Assembly (NCBI GenBank): GCA_012295275.1
Contig: CM022675.1
Location: 6,572,001 to 6,636,000, forward strand
Length of the DNA: 64,000 nucleotides
From: Chrysomallon squamiferum
Lineage: Eukaryota; Animalia; Mollusca
Direction: 5' to 3'
In this document: one piece after another, positions 1-15,563 of the stretch
How positions within the stretch are numbered: the stretch's first letter is position 1
How the letters are laid out: the number at the start of each line of letters is the position of its first letter
Position numbers and translations under genes: made by a program
The notes under the pieces: model-generated
The model's input: only the letters and a program-made list of their open reading frames with translations
Told to the model about the DNA's origin: nothing
Databases searched by the model: none

Positions 1-461
1 TAAACATTAATAATGACTACCATTAAAATTCTATCGATTTTTTAATTTTTTTTATTTATTTTTTATTTATTTTTTTTTTTATTTTTTTTTTTGTTTCTGG
101 CTGTGATAAAATATGTTATTTTCTCCACTTCACAAACAGATTCTATACATTAAGCTATAATAGCGATAAACTGTACATAATTTCTCCGATGGAACAGTAA
201 TTAAAGAAAGAGGAAAATCCAGTGAAGAATAAGGAAGCCACATAGTAACAGAGAACGCGAATAATGGCTGAGACACGTACAATAATAATGATTATTATTT
301 AATCAGTTAGCTACAGAAGAAACAAAGAACATACGCCAAACTGATAAAATACAGACACCACAAAATTTATTATTTATTCAGTTCCGTGAAAGTTGCGTAT
401 CGGTGTGTGTATGTGTATTTATTATTTATTCAGTTCTTGAAACTATCGGTGCCGTGTATGT

Positions 462-497
<36 letters not shown>

Positions 498-2395
498 TGG
501 CGTTTGTTGAATGTATGAGAGAGTGAGAGAGTGAGTGAGAGAGAGGCATGAATGAATGAAAAGGTAATGAGAAAAAGAAAAACAAGTAAAAATTTAGATG
601 AAAAAGTATAAGAAGATAATTGTGACGAAAAAGTAAAGAAAGAAGAACAAGAAGATAATGAATGATGATTTTGATGATTTTTTGTTAATAATAATAATAA
701 CATATATGTTTAATTAATGATAATAATAATAATAATAATAATAATGATCATCAATAATAATCATCAAAATGATAATGAAAATAATAATAATAATAATAAT
801 AACAACAAAAAGTAGATAAAATAAAAATAAAATAAAGAGTAATTAAAATGACGATGAAATAATTTCAGTCTTTTCTACTTTTTCCTAGAGAACCAAACAC
901 CACCACCACCACCACAACAACAACAACAACAGCAACAGCAACACAACAACTACAGCAATAACGATATTGGCATTATACTTTTTTGAAAACGTATGAAAAT
1001 AAACTGAAGCTAATTATCTGTAAAATAAAATCAGAAATAGAAAGAAAGAAAAATAAATAAATAGGAAAAAAAAGAGACAAAGTGTTTTTTTTTTTTTCGA
1101 TGACGTAATTCAGAACCAGAATCATAAGGTTTGTGTTTCTACCGTTTTCTTTTCTTTTTCTTTTTTTTTTTTTCTTTTCTTTCTTTTTCTTTTCTTTCTT
1201 TTTTCTTTTCTTTTTCTTTTCTTTCTATCTAAGCTATATTTGTGTTTCTCATACAACTGCATACCTCTTCATTAAACACGTTATTTCACAAATCGCGAAG
1301 ATTCATAAACAAAACATCAACGGTATCCATAAACGTTCCCAACATTGCGATTGTATTTTAGGCCAAACGAAATAAATTGTTTGTTTGTCGTCGGAAGTAA
1401 TGGCTGAAAAATGTGCGCATTTCATAACCGTATTAAAATATTCTGTGAATCTGCGTTTTCTCAGTCGAATTTTCTGAGAGTTTAAGTCTGTTAATGCAGT
1501 TTATAATTTACACTTTTTAATTTAATTTTTTAAAACAGATCAAGGTTTACCCGTTAACGCATTCCATTTAGAAAGAAATTTAAGATTTAGTTGAGCTGTA
1601 CGCTTCATAATGTGGGATTTTTTTTTATTTTTTTTATTTTTTTATGAACTCAGCAATCAGCAAATTTGTAATGTATATATATATGTATATAAAATAATAA
1701 TAAAAATAAAAATGAATCAAACAATTAATTTTATGAGGCTTTACACAAAGAGAATAGTCTGAACACAATACGAAAATGAAAAACAAAGAAACAACATAAA
1801 AAAACAAAAAATAACAACAAAAGCCACCCAACAAACAAACAAATTAAAAAGGTGGTTAATTAACATTTTTCTGCGCATCCAAAAATTCTTAAATTCTTAA
1901 CACTTGATGGCGCCAGTAATTCCACGTGACGTGTACATTTGTAGCAAGATAATTAACATTCACACGTCATCACTTCAACTGTTTGTCTACGTAATAAAAA
2001 CAAAAAACCCCAGAGTTTAGAAATATTGTATAACACGAAAAGAATTATCTGGGATTAGAGAAAATCAAGATTATATGTCGTACACTAAAGCTTGTGTATT
2101 GGATTTAAAAATAATATAAAATAAAAAATAAAATAAAAAAATGAAAAATAGAAATAAAAATAAAATACGTCTTGCTTATCGACTGTCTTATATAAGAAAT
2201 GTGAAAGCTATATTTATTCTTGTTTTGTATTTCTTTTGATGTCTAATGTTTTAATATTTCGTTTTAAAGTATGAAGTTCTGTGTCAAAAAATAAAATAAA
2301 ACAAAATAAAATGAATGAAGGAATAAATAAATAGAAGGGAAAGAATTCAGAATCTTATTTAATCTGTTTGTTTATTATCATCATCATCATCATCA

Positions 2396-2463
<68 letters not shown>

Positions 2464-3824
2464 GTTATCGTTGTTGCTATTATTATTACAATTTGACTAT
2501 TATTACAGTTATTATTGTTATTATCATATTTTAGTTGAGTTTAACTTAAAAAAACCCAAAAAAACAACAACAAACAAACAAAAACAACAATTAACAACAA
2601 CAAACAAAACAAAACAAAAACAGGCTTGAGACATTCTGGTTATGAACAGGAAGTTCGGTCTGCGCATGTCTATTGACAAGAGCATCGACATCTTTTTTGA
2701 CAGAGACTATGCTATCGATGACCTAGGATCGCAATTAAATAAGGACATACAGACTAAAGATAATTATTTTCCTAGGACTGAGAAGTCTTAATTCAGTTTT
2801 TTCTTAACTGAACAAATTTCTTTTTTTTTTCTTTTTTTTTTTTCCTCTCCAGAGAACGTTCATTATACTGATAACTCTGAATACAAGTATCTGCTCTTAG
2901 AAATAAATATAGATTTTTTTTTTTTTTTTTAAACATTTTTTAGATAGTTAGCGATGATTACCCAATAGGTGAAAACGAAAGGTTTCGATAATTACGACAG
3001 TAACCGGAATTACGTCATCAGGCAAAGATACCATTACACTGCTGCAGGCAACTGACTGGTTCTCCCAGCAGGCGTAATAAACTGAAGAAGCCTTGTTAAA
3101 AAATTAATGAGCAGATCTTGTCAGAAAAAAAAAAAAAAAAAAAAAAAAAAAAGAAGAAATCTTGATCTGTTTTGAAAAAGAAGAAAAAAACCAACAAAAA
3201 ATAGAAAGAAAATCTTGGCGAACTTCTGGTCTCACAAGACGAAAAACTCGGAAATTTAAATTATGCTTCACTGATCTTCTTCAGTTTTCGTTAACTTGTA
3301 ATATTTTTTTTTTTTTTTTTTTTTAATCCGCTGAACAACAACAACAACAACAAAAAAATATATATATTAATTTCTGTTCTTGGAAAAACTTTATTAAGTT
3401 ATCTACTTTTTTCCTTTCTGTGTCGAAATTTTAACAACATCGACGACCGTTTTTACCCAGACCTTCACCATTAGTTTTGTATAAGTCATTAGCACCAACT
3501 GCTTCTGAAATTAACCTGTCTCGTGGGAAACGGTTTAATCTATTTTATACATTCACACACACACACAAACACACACACATATATATATTAAATTATTTTC
3601 TCTTTTTATTTCATTTATTTTGCCTTTTTTTTTTTTCTTTTTTTTTAATGAAATTGTTTTCTATATTCGTTTAGTTTTTTTTAATCTGCACAAGGTTAAT
3701 ATTTGTTTTTCAGTTTTTCGCTCTAAACATGAATTCTAAAGAAAATCGACATTAATGAATACTGCAACGACAATTACTTTAAATACGTTTATTATTATTA
3801 TTATTATTTTTAAATCTAGGTGTT

Positions 3825-3932
<108 letters not shown>

Positions 3933-4529
3933 ATACGCGCACACGCACACACACACACACACAAAAACGAAAAAAAAAGTAGAAAAAAAAAAAATAAAAA
4001 GTTCTAAGAAATAACCCAGATCCCTCTGACATTATCAGTACAAAATGATGCGAATGTTTCAATTTTAAGAGAAAAAGTAACTGAAACTGGAGACCACATC
4101 CTTCTGTCAACAGCACAGTCGGAACTACGTCTTTAACTAAGACTAAAAAACAAACACAAACAAATACCATTTGGCAGATTCTAGCGCTGTTCTCATTAAA
4201 CTAAGTTACAAAGATTTACTTCGAAAACAAATACCAGTTAAAAACGCTGTTGTGGCGTAACAAAAGTGAGTTTCTCTGTAACGAGAACCAGTTAACCACT
4301 GTTTGTGCTAAATTCCTCCGCTGCGGGGCGCGCATAGCGTAATCAAATCCTTTTAAAAATTGCTGGTTTTCTTTTTGGTGGGGTTTGTGTGTGGTTGTGT
4401 TTTTTTTTTAATTTATTATTCTTTTTCTCTATTTCTAAGGAATAGCGATGAAAGATTTGCTTTCAAGATATAATTGTAACTAACACATTTCATCAAGAAA
4501 CCATTGCCACAAAACGAAAGAATTGTTTT

Positions 4530-4561
<32 letters not shown>

Positions 4562-4952
4562 CTTAAGAAACAGAACAAATAATCAAGTTTAAAAAGATTC
4601 TGTTTATTCTACTGTTGATATGAAGCAGAAAAATGATGTATGTCGCAGATTTAACCCGAAAAAGCTCAAATTAATTGTCTATGGAAACCAGACTTTATAC
4701 ATAATTGCGCTAAGCCTGCTCTGAGATGAAAGTTTCGTAACAGAATAGTTTACGATTTGTCAGTTGTTACAGAATTTACGACCCGTTTTCAAATATCCGT
4801 TGACAATGCGACATGGTTTATGAGGACTGCGACTGAATTAATTTGGTTCTTTATCTTATTGCTTTATGATATTCTCCTAAATCTGTATTCAGTTTCTATC
4901 ATATTTCAAATATTTCAAAGATGTTTGAGAATGTGTCAGAAGTAACGAGAGA

Positions 4953-5208
<256 letters not shown>

Positions 5209-5455
5209 GAGAGGGTACGTAGGTATAAGAAAAGTAAGTAATATTAAAGGTAATAGTGATAGTAATATAGTTAGTAATATAGATAGTAATATAGTTAGTA
5301 ATAGTAGCAGTGGTAATAACAGAAATGATAACAGTTATAGTAATAGCGGTATGATAACTGTAGATGAAGTAGCATCAATAAAATTGTAGGAATACCACAA
5401 ATTGTATAAATGGTATTCTTCTTCTTCTTCTTCTTCTTCTTCTTATTATTATTAT

Positions 5456-5487
<32 letters not shown>

Positions 5488-7450
5488 TTGGTGGAGGTAG
5501 TAGTAGTAGTAGTAGTAATAGTAGAGTGACAGCAGCAGTGGTAATAGTAATGACAGCAGTAGTAGTACTGATAGTAGTCTTAGTAGTAATAGTAGTAATA
5601 ATAATAGTAATAATAGTAGTTGTACAGTAGTAGTAGCAGCAGTAACATTGTTTATTGTTATTGTTACTATCATTAGTAACAGTAGCAGTAATAGTGATGG
5701 TAACATTACTACTTTTAGTTGCAGTGGTACTAGCTACAACAACAACAACGACAACGACAAGAATAACAAAATTAAAATAGCGGACCACCCATCGTTGTCA
5801 ACATCATCATCATCATCATCATCCGCAGGATCCTGGGTCTTTCTGCAGATAAAATCAGCTGATTAGACTTAGCATTCATCTCTTGCTGACATTTCCCTTC
5901 AGAAAAATGGCGACCGGAAAATCAGCTTAACTTTTCTCTTTTTTCTTCTACTTCTTCTTCTTCTTCTTTTTTTATTTTGATACGTCAACAACACAGCGCA
6001 CCACAACAGCAGCGCGTGTGCAAATGACATCAGCCTCGTTTCCGAGCCCTGCAAGAAAGAATTTGTCCTCCGAGGGGGACAAATCCACTAAGACCCTGCG
6101 TATAAATCCTGTCCCGTCGGGAAATCAGACAGACTGTAATGAAACTGGAAAGATTTCCAAAGGAGTGCGCGCCGAGCCTCGAGAGAAATATAATGAATCC
6201 AAGACGGTTTTTGTTTTCCCAAGTAAGACGTATGCGAATCCGAAGTATAAACTCTATCCTGCTTAACGTTGTTTTTTTTTTTTACTTTTGTTTCGTGCAA
6301 AAGATTGAATGGTTAATCTGTTAAGAATATTTTGTTTGACGTGAGTATTAACACCACTAGTGTTATTACTACTACTTCTTCTACATTACAGCTTCCATTA
6401 AGCCTACTGATACTATTACTACTATAAATATTATTACTATTGAATCTGCTACTGTTACTAGTGCTACTACAAAACTGCTACAACTACTACTACTGCAGTT
6501 ACTACTGCTACTACAGCTACTGTTACTGCTACTACTACAGCTATTACTACTAGTACTATTGATACTGCTGTTGCTATGTCACTACTACTATCATTACCAC
6601 AACTACGACCATAACAACAACAACAGCTACTACTATTATTAGGAAAACTACTACTACTACTACTTTTTTTTACTGTTGTTGTTACAGTTACAACTACGTA
6701 AACTATTACTGCTTCTACTACTACTACATCTGCCATTACTGTTGCAATCATTATTACATCATAACTGGATATTATACTACTACAACCGCTACAGCTTCTA
6801 TTAATAACAACATTACAACATACATGTTTCGAACCAGCTATTCCCGGCCCCAAATACAAAAATTCGTTTATTTAACGGTCTGCACAATTGTGTAATGTTC
6901 ACAGATATATTTTTCATTTCTTAAGTAAGGAAATTCAAGATCCAGTTTTTTAGTTTAAAATCTGACTAAATTTTTTCATTTCCTTCATTCCACAAATAAA
7001 CTTATATTTTCGCTTTTCTCTTTATTGCATATATTTAATATCCGCGGTACCTACCCTTCTGTAAGTAAGGCAAGCATCAAACTTTCTACTTAAATATGAA
7101 AATCTAAACACGTCCGTCTTTTTGACGTCACCCCTGTGTCACGTTCGCTTCTCAGCTTTGATTTCCGTCTGCAAAATCAGGTAATAGCCTCGTTCTCACT
7201 GTGCGATGTCGTCCAATCAGAGTTAACCTAATTATAATAAAGCTGCTTGGTAAATATTTCATTAATTGTGACAGGTTGAAAGTGAAACTCTATGAAATGT
7301 AGTGCTCGCTAATGAAATGGAAAATACTGTGAATATGTGTTGTTGTCAATACTCTCTGTAACACAGTTGGGGAAATCTAGTGTTTACTTTCTAAATTAAG
7401 AGACATATTCGGGAAAATTTCTTATCCAAATAAATTAAATAAAACACATA

Positions 7451-7602
7451 ATGTATGTCTGTGTGAATATTGTTTGTCTTATGTACGTCTGATTAGACTC
7501 TGCACAAACAATATTCACGAGGACAAAGTCCAATCAGGACCTCACAAACCCGTCAGATGACGAGACTCGAACGTATGACACCATTCACCCTCACTCAGAA
7601 GA
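7451..7602 (-). mobile_element. tRNA-derived SINE family A copy, minus strand, 5'-truncated
   Basis: Reverse complement reads GTGAATGGTGTCATACGTTCGAGTCTCGTCATCTGACGGGTTTGTGAGGTCCTGATTGGACTTTGTCC...GCAGAGTCTAATCAGACGTACATAAGAC. B-box at 7564-7572. Confidence 0.85.
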
Positions 7603-7817
7603 CATACATAAAGTTTCATCAAGTAAACATATTTGTTTGTCTGGATGTATGTATGTATGTATGTACGTATGTATGCATATATACCAGTATGTATGAGTGT
7701 ATGTGTTCATATGTGTGTACACGTATGTTTGTATGTATGTATATCTGTACATATGTGTGTATATGTATTTATGTATATGTGTGTGTATGTTTTTTATGTA
7801 TGTACTATGTATTTATG

Positions 7818-7850
<33 letters not shown>

Positions 7851-8620
7851 TTGTATGTATCTATGTAGTCTATCTATCAGGTAATGTATGTGTCTGTTTA
7901 TCCATCAATCTTTTACCTATCTATCAGGTAATCTGTCTGTTTATCAGTCTCTTTCATTGTCTGAAACCTATCATTATGAATATCTTGATACTCATCTAAG
8001 TATCCATCTTTTATTTAGCTGACTGAGTATACGTTCTCGTGCGGTGCGCGCATCTGTGTATGTGCGTACGTACGTACGTATGAGAATATCTGTCTGTCGG
8101 ATCAAATCACGGTGGAAACTAAAATGTTGCTTACGTCACAGAAGAAGAAAAATGAATCGTCACGTTAATACACGACGCCCTTATACGACACGAATGTTTT
8201 TTTTTTTCTTTTCTTTTGTTTTTCTTTTGTAAGAAACAAAAATCACTTCTTAATGTCGATAAATATTCCGCAGATCTGTTAATCATAAAAAAAAAAACAA
8301 AGAGAAGAAAGAAACTGAAAAGGATTTAGGAATAAGTCGGAGAGTCTGGGTGTCTTTTATTAAATCAAGAACAGTTCACGCAGTCTCTTAGAGGAAGATT
8401 CTACGACGTAAAAAAATAGTTCTCAGGATTATGAAGCTTTCTCTCTGATTTGCCTTAATTTGCAATAACGACATTTAAGAAAGAGTGTTGAATAAACAAA
8501 TGAGTAAAAAAAAAATAATAATAAGAATAACTTTCATTCTTGTCTAGAACAGTGATATCTGAATGAAAATATAATAAAGAATTTTCTTCGGTATAACAAC
8601 AACAGTAATACTACTAATAC

Positions 8621-8658
<38 letters not shown>

Positions 8659-9268
8659 ATAAATATTAGGAAAGCCTGAATTTGCATATTAGTAACACAG
8701 ACAAACACAGACGGACTGAACAACAACAACAACAACAATAATAATAATAATAAATGTTATATAAAATCACCGCGAATCATTTTATCTGCATGGAATTTTT
8801 AAAACGTTTCTACATACTGAAAAAATGTTTGCTCGACAGAATATTTTTTTGCAACAACCAACAACAACTACTACTATAACGTAACAATTTAATGAAGAAG
8901 AAGAAGAAGAAGAAGAAGAAGAAGAAGAAGAAGAAGAAGAAGAAAAGAAAAGAAAAGAAAAGACAAATAAATAAATAAATAATAATAATAAAAATAAAAG
9001 AAAAGGAAAAATAAAATTCTTCGACATTATTTTTTGACATTATATGAATTTTGCAAAAAAGTGGAATTGTTTCTATTTTTATGACCAAATGCTCTTTATT
9101 TGATTAAAAATTTAGTCGCACAAGAGGTAATGTTTAGACTCGACTGAACTATGACGTAATAAAGAAAACAACGTCAGAGGGCATAGAACAAGACAGCGGA
9201 GTTTCTGTGTAGAACATAGTTTAGATAATAATATAGAGACTTTCATACATTATCTCTATCTCTATATA

Positions 9269-9303
<35 letters not shown>

Positions 9304-9358
9304 TTATCTATCTATATGTCTATCTGTTTTCCTATCTGTCTATCTATCTATCTATCTA

Positions 9359-9407
<49 letters not shown>

Positions 9408-9808
9408 GTCTGTCTGTCTGTCTTCCTGGCTATCTGTTTATCTATCTATCTATTTATCTATCTATGTCTGTCTGTCATTCTCTCTCAATCTCCCTATTTG
9501 TCTCTCTATTTCTCTCTATTTCTATCCCTCTCTATCTTTCTATCTCTGTGTCTCTTTCTTTCTCTCTCTCTCCCTTCATCTCCCTTTATTTTCAAGACAT
9601 TCGATTTGGGAATAAATCTGATTATTATTAAAAAAACACAAAAAACTTTGTTATATTAGCAACGAATTTATCTTTTCGAGAAAACCTCTGAAAATGAACG
9701 GAATAATATATCTGAAATGTGAAGAAGAAGAAAAAAATATATCATATTCATATTTATTAATGGGAAAACAATTTATGAACAATTTTTATCAATAAATAAT
9801 ACACAGTA

Positions 9809-9850
<42 letters not shown>

Positions 9851-10775
9851 TGAATTACGTTTCATTATAAAACATTGAATAATGTATATACTGATAATGA
9901 CTTTCCGTTGCAATTGGTGAAAATGTGGCTCTGAGCTTGTTATTTCAGAAAATAACTCTAATGTGTGGACTGCAATTCACAGCGAAAAGAATCGTTTAAA
10001 ACAACAATAAAAAACTGAAAGTTATTTTCCCTTATGCATTTCTTGTATAAACAAATGTTACGTTATGTTAGTAAAACGTAATTAAAAGCGAGCACTCAAA
10101 GCACGGGAGGCTTCAGGTTCCTATCAAATCAGACACTTAATGACGTAATGACGTAATGACGTGGCATAAACTGTGCACTAGGTTCCTTCGGTTAATCCTT
10201 ATTTACAAAACCGACAAAAAAAAAAAAATGTCAGAAAATGGATATATTCGAGAGACCTTTAAGTGTGCATGTATGTATGAATCTGCATTTGTATGCATAC
10301 ATTTCTGTTTGTGTATATGTCCAGAATTATGCATGTGTGCGCGTAGATGCTTATGTATATGTATGTCTAAGCTCGTGCTTATGTATGTTTGTGTGCATGC
10401 AAGCATGTATGTAAGCGTGCATATCATCATATATCATTATCTTTATTTAACTGTCTGTGTATCTATCTTTCTCTGTTCTTTTCTTTCTAATACACAATGT
10501 ACTCAGACTAATTGTTACTGAACTACGTCAAGTTTGTCTGTCCCACAAGGACAAAGGATTTTAGCATTTAGAAATATTAACAAGACCCATGAGAACATTA
10601 AAAGATTCTTAAAGACAACAACAACAACATCACAGTCAAGTGAAATAAAGATGTGAGATGTGAGACCGCGTCTAACCTTAACTTAGCATCCAACACCGCA
10701 GTTGACGACTTAATAATTTATTATACCAGTAAGTTAACAGCTAAGAGAGCGAGGCTTTAACATCCCTTATCTACT

Positions 10776-10862
<87 letters not shown>

Positions 10863-11349
10863 TTCTCAGCTGCAACAATTACTACTACTACTACTACTAG
10901 TTCTACTACTATTACTTCTACTACTGTTGCTATTACTAATACAAACTATTGTTGCTACTCCTACTACTACAGCTAATAAATAAATAAATAAATAAATAAA
11001 CAATTTAAATGACGTAATAAATAAAATATTAGAAAACCTGTTGCAGTTTTTATTATTTTATTTTTTTTTTTATTCTTTTTTTACATTCATTTTTTATTTT
11101 AAGATTTCGTAAAAATACAGTTCATTCATGTAAACATATTTCTAATTTCTTCGCTCTGATATTTAATACTCGCAGACATGAAGCGATTTAGTGAAATCCG
11201 AGGAGACATGACGTTAAAGTGAGGTAATAGATGCATAAATCAGCTTAGTGCAGTACCAAAGGACAGCTGTTAAATATAGCACACTTAAGTCGCGGTGTCA
11301 AGGTATGATTTACGGTAACGATTTCCGACATGCAATTTAGTCGTTCACC

Positions 11350-11657
11350 GTTAATCTTTTCAAACTGAACGCGTTCTTGAGTACTTAGCTCAGTTTAAAG
11401 TGTATTTATTGAATTTTCTTCGTACATGCAATGTTTTAGTCACTGGTTTAGTTAATCTTTGCAAACTGAACGCGTTCTTGAGTACTTAGCTCAGTTTAAA
11501 GTGTATTTATTGAATTTCCTTCGTACATGCAATGTTTTAGTCACTGGTTTAGTTAATCTTTGCAAACTGAACGCGTTCTTGAGTACTTAGCTCAGTTTAA
11601 AGTGTATTGATTGAATTTCCTTCGTACATGCAATGTTTCAGTCACTGGTTTAGTTAA
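11350..11657 (+). repeat. 101-bp tandem repeat, 3 copies
   Basis: CAAACTGAACGCGTTCTTGAGTACTTAGCTCAGTTTAAAG starts at 11361, 11462 and 11563; the units are near-identical. Confidence 0.95.
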
Positions 11658-11734
11658 ATTTAATTGTTTTTAGTTATTTATTTATCAGAAATTGAATATG
11701 TAAACGCATAGAGTCGTACAGCAAAACACATCCT

Positions 11735-11812
11735 CCTGTGCCGAATACTGTCTGTTTACAGAGTCTGTTCAGACGTACATAAGACACAGAATATTCAAAA
11801 TCCTAAACTATA
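11735..11812 (+). mobile_element. 3' fragment of SINE family A
   Basis: GAATACTGTCTGTTTACAGAGTCTGTTCAGACGTACATAAGACACAGAATATTCAAAATCCTAAAC matches the 3' ends of the 57.1 and 59.8 kb copies; TA/CA repeats follow. Confidence 0.7.
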
Positions 11813-13144
11813 TAAATATATATATATATACACACATACACACACACACACACACATATTAGGAAGGGATCAACTATAACAACCTACCCAAAGAAAGAAA
11901 ACATCTACAACAATCACGGAGCATCGGTTAGAACGAGAAATATAACAGTGGAAATACTGATGTGAACTGAACGTGTTACCAGCGACACTCCAAGCCAGTA
12001 CACAACAACATAGACACAAACTGCTACAAAAACAACAACTACAACAACAACAACAACAACAACAATAATAATAATAATAATTTTTATACAAAATAAATAA
12101 ATAAGTAAATAAATAAATAAATACTACTACCTTTAAATTAATAAAATGATGAAGAATAGAGCGCAACAAAGCAAAACTGATGAAAACATAGCTAAAAATT
12201 ATTATTATTTTTATTATTTTTATTATTTTGTATTTTTTTTTTTATCTTTATTTTTTTTTTTTTTTTTTTTAAATTTAATTTAATATTTAAAAAAGCAAGC
12301 CAAAGAAAATTAATTGGTTTTATTAGCTCACGTGTATCTGAAGACAGAGCACAACCTCTTACTAATTACAGCTAAACGAAAAAGTTTTTGGAACGATGAT
12401 TTTTCACAACTCATTAGCTATTTTATTAAATTCTGTTGCCTGGGGACATCTTGAACAATGTGGGTACATAGTACATGGAGGGGGGAGGGGTATTACGTAA
12501 TAATCGGAAATAGCGAAGAACGGACTGGGGGGGGGTTATGTGTGCGGGGAGGGGGAGACTGAAGCATTCCTGCAGTCTAAATTAATTAAAAAGTTTTGGA
12601 TGGATTCCATGCTCGTTCTTCAAACATAATGAAATGTGAAATGGCCTGTATTAAAATATTACGTTGTTTTTTTGGTTTTTTTGTTTTGTTAAACCACCGC
12701 GTGGCTTGTTCGAAACTGCTGCATGCTGCATTGAGTCAACATTGTTAACACACTGGATGATTTGAAATAACAGTTTTCAAGTTGGCGTTTTTTTTGTTTC
12801 TTACGTTTGTTGTTTCAGTCGATTAGTCGGTTAAAGGTATTAACACACTAGATAACATGCAGTGACAATTTTCAAATTAGTGTTTGGTCCTATATTTATA
12901 CTATTATTATTATTATCAGTTTGTCGGATAAAGGTATTGTCGAATTAGATGGTTTGCAGTAACAATTTTAATGCTAATGACTTTGATAACCATTTCATAA
13001 TTTTAAGATGAAAGATTTAGATAAAAAGCTGTTAACATAGTGAATGATTTACATTAATCAATTTCAAGTTGATAATTTGTCTTATGTTTATATGATTAAT
13101 AATTGTGTCAGTCAGATCGATAAACAAACAAACAAATAAATAAA

Positions 13145-13175
<31 letters not shown>

Positions 13176-14767
13176 ACATTTGAAATACAAGATATTGAAG
13201 AACAAAAAAAAAAAAAAAAAAAAAAAGTACAACCACCCCCTCGCATATTTTATTATTTATTTCTGTTCTAACGTTATTGCTTTCAATCTGCACAATATTC
13301 CCCTTACGAGCCAAATAACCGTGTCGCTAATACAGCGCTTTTCATTGCTTGTGTCGAAATTGTTTCCCAAATTATTGCTGTCATTTCTCTAAGCTAAACT
13401 GTCTCTCTAGTCGACGTCTGTTCCACTGCAGTAAATAAATTACATTATTTCTCAGGATCAAAGTCTCTCACGTTATCGTTCTTAACGAGACCTTGGGAGA
13501 TAACTCCCGTCTTATTCGATTAATCACGTGACACGGAATGCGCGCCCTCTAGGGTTCTTCGAAATTAAAGACGTTTCGCGGAGACGGAACGAAAATTAAT
13601 GTAAATCGCATATAAAAACTCTGGACTTTTTCGTTTTTACCAGCTCGGTGTGTGATATGCAAGCTTGAGACAATAAAATAAAATAATGATGACTGTGTGT
13701 ATTGGATGATAGAGAATTAATGTGTTCAGTTTCTCTCTCAGTGCGTGAAGAGTTCTGCAAGGGTGTTTTATTTAAAAGTGTGTAGTGACACTTTTGTAAT
13801 AATGAATCCAACCAGTACAGGAAACTAGCACTCAACAACAACAACAACAACAACATCAATAACAAACCCAAACAAAACAATCATGTAAATAACAACAGCA
13901 ACCTCGGCAGCAAGAGCAATATCAGGAACAACTACTACTCCTACACCATAAAATACTACTACTACTACCACCAATTCAGTTGTTTCAACGACTATTACAA
14001 CGACTTTTACTACTAGTGCCAGAATTACAGTTATTACTGCTGTTACTACCACAGCTACTACTACCGCTACAACTACTACTGCAACAACAACTACTACTAC
14101 TATTACGTCTTCCACAACTATTATTTGTCCACTACTGTTTCTGCTAAATTACTATTATCACATCTTCTACTACTATTGCTACTACTTTTATTTCTACATT
14201 AACAACAACAGCAACAACAGTCACAAATAACCTAAAACAGTCGTACAATTACGACATTTTAGGAGCTTGTTACTTTAACAAGTATAAATATAAAATGGCG
14301 ATTTTACTTTAAAGTCTTAACACATTTTCTTTCGTGGTGTTTAATACCAGAAAGGGTGACGAAACTGTCAGCAACTACAACGACGTGCAATCAGCGTGAT
14401 GTTCAGAAGACAGTTCCAGATGGTGTCAAAAAATCATGCTTCTTGGTGGGATTTCTCATGTATTGTCGTGTGGTTGTCATGGTAACGGCTTCCTTAATGA
14501 TCTCGTTCTGTGAGAAAATGGTCAGTGAATAGAGGAAGCCATAATGTTTGAAACACATCAGGATGAACGAAGAAGAAAAAAAAAAAAAAAAAAGAAGAAA
14601 AGGATGCTGTGTTTTGCAGAATTTCCATTTAATTCTTCCAAATACTGTTGAAATTTATATATTTATTATTATTATTAGCAGTAGCAGTAGTAGTAGTAGT
14701 AGTACTATTTCCATGAAATGTTTTTAGTTTAATGATCCATAATATAAATATATATATATTAATGTAA

Positions 14768-15124
<357 letters not shown>

Positions 15125-15421
15125 TGAGAGATAATCCAAGTTTGAATGACAAACTGATCTGCTTTGTGTAATTTCATTCAAACACTTGTAAATGAGTAAA
15201 TAACAGACAAGTGGGGAAGGATGTCAAACTAATTGTTTTCTAGTAACTGAGTTACACTCGGCTACTCTCGAGGGTAATTCTTGAATATTGCACCGAATCA
15301 TAATATTCTGTTCTGGTACACCAAATGCAAATTTCAATTATGTATTTATGGGATAGCCGTAAGCTAGCAGAGTTTATCGGAAACGCGTAGAATTTCGACA
15401 AGGTATTGCATCTGTGTGGTT

Positions 15422-15474
<53 letters not shown>

Positions 15475-15524
15475 AAAAAAAAAATAAATAAATAAATAAA
15501 AGATATATAAATATAATATATAAA

Positions 15525-15563
<39 letters not shown>

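Noticed and set aside
97-108. miR-2-like sequence (TATCACAGCCAG on the minus strand)
   Set aside because: Only 12 nt match, the 3' part diverges and no hairpin partner is visible; at most a K-box-like target word.
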